DNA of 64,000 nucleotides from Lingula anatina (Eukaryota; Animalia; Brachiopoda). Each line of letters begins with the position of its first letter. Positions within the stretch are counted from its first letter, which is position 1. Below, one piece after another: positions 59,001-64,000 of this stretch. Location: the NCBI GenBank assembly GCA_051362555.1, contig CM120640.1, positions 44,246,788 to 44,310,787 of the forward strand, written 5' to 3'. A program made the translations under genes and the position numbers. The notes beneath the pieces were generated by a model, which saw only the letters and a list, made by a program, of their open reading frames with translations, made no database searches and had not been told where the DNA came from.

Positions 59001-62000
59001 GGGGCACCACAGATCAAAGAAGAAAAGTTACATGGCGCAGTCAGTCAAAATGACCAAAACAAAACGAAGACACAGTGGGATATATTTAGATTTCGAACTT
59101 TAAAAAACACGCTCGCTGATTGACTCTGCGAAAGTTTCCTAACTTCAAGAAAGAATGTCATTATTGTTTAAGCCGGGCGACTTATAATTAATCTATTTAT
59201 ACGTAGTTTTCTACCCTTGAGAAAAACACAGTTTGAATACAATAGTACGTTCCATTGCGTTGCATGAACTACGTTTCGTCAATATATCAATCTACGTAAC
59301 ACAGGTCGTTACCACATCTTTTTCTTCCAGAGGCGAGAATCTAAATCCAGTGGGAATCCTGGTAGTGCATCAATAGATCTAACGAACATTATCAGTATAT
59401 ATGCCCTCAGGGAGACAGAACTACACCCAGGTTAAGAAACCACGCGACCAATTGCCAACTGCGCGTAGCGAAACCACCTCCCCTTGAAAAAAGTCAAACC
59501 AACCATCGCAGCCCCATGTACTACCGGTCGCACCTGCTACTACTGCTATGGAAAAAAGTGCCCTTGCCTTAAGATAACGTTACTTGTCTTTAAGAAGTAC
59601 AGCGATCTTCAGACTAATTACACTCTCACTTACTTTCCTGATCTCATGTTTTGAAGCTTAAAATGTGGAGTGGCTGTGAATGATTTCTCTGTTTTGTTTT
59701 TGTTTTTGTTTTTTGCATTTATTTGGCTAAGGATAGTTCTGACTTACCATCACTTTAATCCTTCAATCCCCGAAAAGTAAAAGTGATATGATATCGCAGA
59801 AAGTAAAAATTAACTAAAAGTTTAACCCGTACCACAAGTGTAAAAAAAGTATTTTAATTACTGAAGTGTTTGAACAAAAAAAAAACAAAACATTTGTGGT
59901 ATTTTAATTCAACATTCTGCCTGTTCAAAGAAGTAGAAATCCTAAGCGAATAAAATAAGTTGTAACAGTACGCTGATTCAATAAATTTCTCATAACGCCA
60001 TCCTAAATCAACAAATAACAGTAGCGAAACTCTTACCTTTGTCCGGCTGCTTGTTTGTAAATCAAATAAATACGCCTTAATGAAATATAAATATAAGAAA
60101 CTCCGCTGTGTTATCGCTGGACGCGCCGAGAGTTACATTAAAACATGTCTTTGGAAATCAATAATTATAGAAGCTTGTGCCGGCTGGATTGCATTGACGG
60201 GAAGCAGTTAAGAACTGCCCACGTCCATAAACTTCCCTAGGCAGACGAAATGTGTGTCATGGACCCGTTAGATAGTCACCAATATACGTGGCGATCTCCC
60301 GTGTGACGTAAACAGCATGTTGATTCCTAACATTCTTTGAATAGCTCTTACCCTATTTTAGAATACGCCGCAGGAAGTATTTTATTCTTTCCGTTACTTT
60401 GCATATATAAACCCTTTTATGGTTTCTTTAATTAACGGTTCACATATCCTCTGATCAAATGTTACTGTCAAGTGCGCGATAGCATGTTTGGCATGTTGTA
60501 CGCTTTACTAAACCCCGCCGTTTTATACGCATAAGGTTGCAACAAAAGTACATTCTTACGTAAATTATTTGAGGACACCAGCGAGTAAAACGGAAACAAT
60601 CGCAAACAATTAAGATGATATCTGTTTTAAGTCGTTTAACCTCTAGTTTACTAAGGCAGCTGACGAACCCTGTGCCGTGTACTTGTCAATCTAAGAACTG
60701 TTTTTTCATTCGACGAGGACGCATCTGCGACGTCAGACGATCAATCGAAACATGACAGTGTACACATATGTGTCGTGTAGTTATTTGCACGTGTTGCCTG
60801 AACATGCGTGTTTTATTTGACAGGTGATTTTGAAAACGTGTTTATTTCACTGATAACCCTGCAGTACTCGCATACATGTAAACCACCGACGCTGTTTATC
60901 TGGTTAGTGACAATACCTCATTCTTTTCTTTCGTTGTGACTGAAAAAATACATTCAAACATGCACCAATTTTTTGACGAAAGTGATATATTTAATTACCA
61001 AATTCTTCTTAATTCTTCTTCAATCAACGCATATTCAAAATGCCCCCGCGGAAACAAAAAACGTGATCACAACATTTCACTTAATTGGGTGATTGTGCGC
61101 TTATCTCGAATGGCGGAACATTGGATGCGGTGAAATCAAGAAGGTGGAGTCATACTAATCAAAAAAGGATTTACCTCTTTTGACCGAATAAAAAAACAGA
61201 CCATGCACCTCTTATAAAGGAAACGTAATTTGTTTTTGATCGCGTTTGTTTGAAATCACAAGTATCAGTTGCATGTATTTTCCTGCTTTGAAATTAAAAC
61301 CGGAAAAGGGAAAATCTTAACATTTTCAGACGTAATCTAAAATCGTAGCTTAAAGAATGAGTTATGAAGTAAATAATCTAATCTGAGTTTGGTAAGGATA
61401 CACCACGTTTGCACAGACGTGGAGCGGTTTTCGCCCACGACAATTTTTCAAAAACTATGGGCTCACTTTGTTTGCGGCTAGTAGAGACTGCTGCAGAACG
61501 AATAGCAAGATCCGAGAGAATGGATTTTTGCGCGCATTTTTCCAGTTAGTTGCACTTTACGTCATAACTGTAACCAAAATGCTGTCTCTGACAATGACAT
61601 ATTCTATGGTGGTTATGATGTTCTCCTTACATTTTTTTTTTCATTTACTGGCCGAGGGAAGAAAGAAAATATAACCGATTTGATCGTAATTGTCACCTAA
61701 GCCCGGTGCAAAAATAAAACACGAAGTAGACTTTATTTTCACGTCTTAATTAATTAACCTACTGCACATCTTTTGGGTTTAAAACGCAATAGTTCATATT
61801 TCATAACGGGACGTAAAGAAAATGCGTAAAATAGTTATGCTTTCTCTGCTGCAACATTCAACAGAATATGAACAGCAGCCCTTTTTCACGGCTCAGTCGC
61901 AACAATCCACATTTTAAAGCTTTAAAAAGACATTAAGTCACGCACGTTTGATCACAAGTCATTTTACAAAAGTAAATACACTGAGTTAGTTTTAATGACT

Positions 62001-64000
62001 TCAGCTAATATATGACACTTTGCTTTAGCGGAAGGTGCCTCAAAATAGGGTGGCATTTGACCTCGGAGGTCAAGCAATCAAAGCAGGGTACCTGATCCTT
62101 GACTCGCTAGTTTTTTATTTCCCCCGCCACGAGCGACAACAAAAACCGCATGCATTTACATTAATAGAATTCAGGTGGAACCTTCTTTAAAAGTTATAAA
62201 TAAGATTAACTAGTTTTTAAGTGAATCTCGAAACAAGAGCTAATTCATTTATCTTCCCCTCGCGTTAAGTTATTGAACACTATGTCTCTGTTTCGTCGGG
62301 ATAAAAGCCACCGAATAAAAGTTTACTTTTCTAAGTAGTTAATTTCTTCGTAAGGACGTAGCTCGTCTTTACACACTGGGACCGTTGTGTGAAAGAGACA
62401 CAAGGTATACTTGAGTTGAGAAGTCGACCCCACACCTAGCACTATACACGCACACAGACCAAAGAATACCCCATGTTAAGAGGGGTTATCAGTGCAATCA
62501 CAATTTAACTTATGTCAACGAAGAATGTTTCGGACAGGAGACGCGTTGGCATCCTTTGTTTCATTAATTTGCATTAGATTTCGTTCCATTGAAACTACTT
62601 AATAATTTTTTCCGCTTAAAGTATTTGATTTGTCGCACTCCCAGTAGAAACTCACCTTTTCGGTTCACTTCTATAAATGAGATCGAATCTTGCTATCTGT
62701 GATGCATCAGATCGCAGCCGCTGATTTTTCTTGACTTGCTCCTTGAAGATCGCCTAACAGAAGAACTTCCCCCAACGAGCTCTGGGCATTCAAGTGACAA
62801 GCTAGCTCAATAGCATGCGCAGGGGTTGCTTCCCGCCGCTATGCACTTCAGTGTCTGTCAACCTGAAAGAAAAACACACGATACGCCCAAATCATGGTTG
62901 TGCTGAACGCAGCAGACAAGCCTCCCCGCCGGCTAAAATTCACATTAACAAATGTAAAAAAGTTCAGTCAATCGTAACCCTCACTGCGTGGCCTGCATTA
63001 AGTCTCGGAGATATAGCCTAGAAAGTGTTATTTGCTATTTAGAAAAAAAAAAGGTGCGCACACCTAAGAACGGTGCTACTGTAGACATTTGGGCTTGAAG
63101 TCAGTGTCACGAGCAAAACAGACCTCGACCTTCTTAATGACACAGTTTTATGACTTAAGCAATTAAGTTGTCAAGTGAAGCGCTTTTTATAGGCAAATAA
63201 CTAACTGCTGCACATGAACAATTGTGAGGGGGTCGTTTAATAATGTAGATGCGAAACATGATCATGAAACTTTCAGTTTCATATTCAAACAGGTTTTTGT
63301 GGCAACAAACTGGGGATTTAACAAACTTTATTCAAATGGAGTTAATGAAAAGCCACATACATTCCCCTTGCGTGCTTTTGTGGAAACGCCGTGGATTAAA
63401 ATTCATTCTTTGACATATCATTCATAAGTACTGCGACATTCAGCATTGTCAAAAATGACTTTGAGTCACCGGCGTAACATGCGAAGAGATTACGCTGTTC
63501 GTAAACGCAATTCTAAGCGCCATATTCTGTTGACAAACGTGATTTTGGCAAGGTAACGGGGGTATGCAAAACGTTTGTACGTAATACACTTTACTGGTGA
63601 TGCCACTGTTGCAATTTAATTGTACGCAAGCTCTGTCCAATTAGACGATGCTTCGCATCTTGAGCATTTCGGACGTGATTATTTGAATTTGAGATATCAC
63701 TATTAGAAACCATGGAGTGCAATACCTGAACAGAAACCAATGATATTGTTACGGAACAAAACATACACGTCTCTCATTCACGTCAACTTCGCCAGGTAGC
63801 ATAGTAAACAGAGATCAAATTACCACTGATCGTTAAACACCACAAAACGGAACTGTTATGTTTCTCATTTTATTATGATGCAACGACCGGCCAATATTTA
63901 TGTTTAATCTGCGGTTTTTGACGCACTTGAATGACTAAACTGTGAGAAGGATCTGTCAAAATCCCCTTAACAGCGATCAAGGGTTCAAAATTAATTAACC

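Noticed and set aside
62656-62753. 98-nt exon-like segment (AIFKEQVKKNQRLRSD...)
   Set aside because: Plausible splice sites but no partner exons or recognisable product.

Overview
AT-rich animal genomic DNA, most likely from an invertebrate (mosaic CpG depletion, many MITEs; species cannot be determined). It is dominated by one large minus-strand FACIT-type collagen gene resembling collagen IX alpha-1. I traced 40 coding exons by hand from 35462 to the stop at 6778 (3827 nt, frame-consistent, about 1275 aa); the signal-peptide exon(s) were not found. Architecture: TSPN/LamG-like NC4; a 252-aa Thr/Pro-rich plus Gly-Asp acidic insert encoded by one phase 0-0 exon; five interrupted Gly-X-Y domains; an amphipathic NC2; and an NC1 with CxxC and a terminal KGP. 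The two unusually long introns at non-collagenous hinges carry in-frame 15-nt microexon candidates, and one has its 5' splice site covered by a perfect 13-nt complementary element about 300 nt downstream. At the left end are a probable last exon of a convergent + strand gene and a 2.6-kb non-autonomous foldback element (TGT..ACA termini, 4-bp TSD, Ginger-like) with two nested elements. Also present: a second copy of a TTAA MITE, a 92-bp RTE-type LINE 3' fragment with a 17-bp TSD, and an apparent CpG-poor to CpG-normal switch inside the collagen gene near 23 kb. From 35.5 to 64 kb I could not support any coding sequence. All splice models and family assignments are by-eye inferences.
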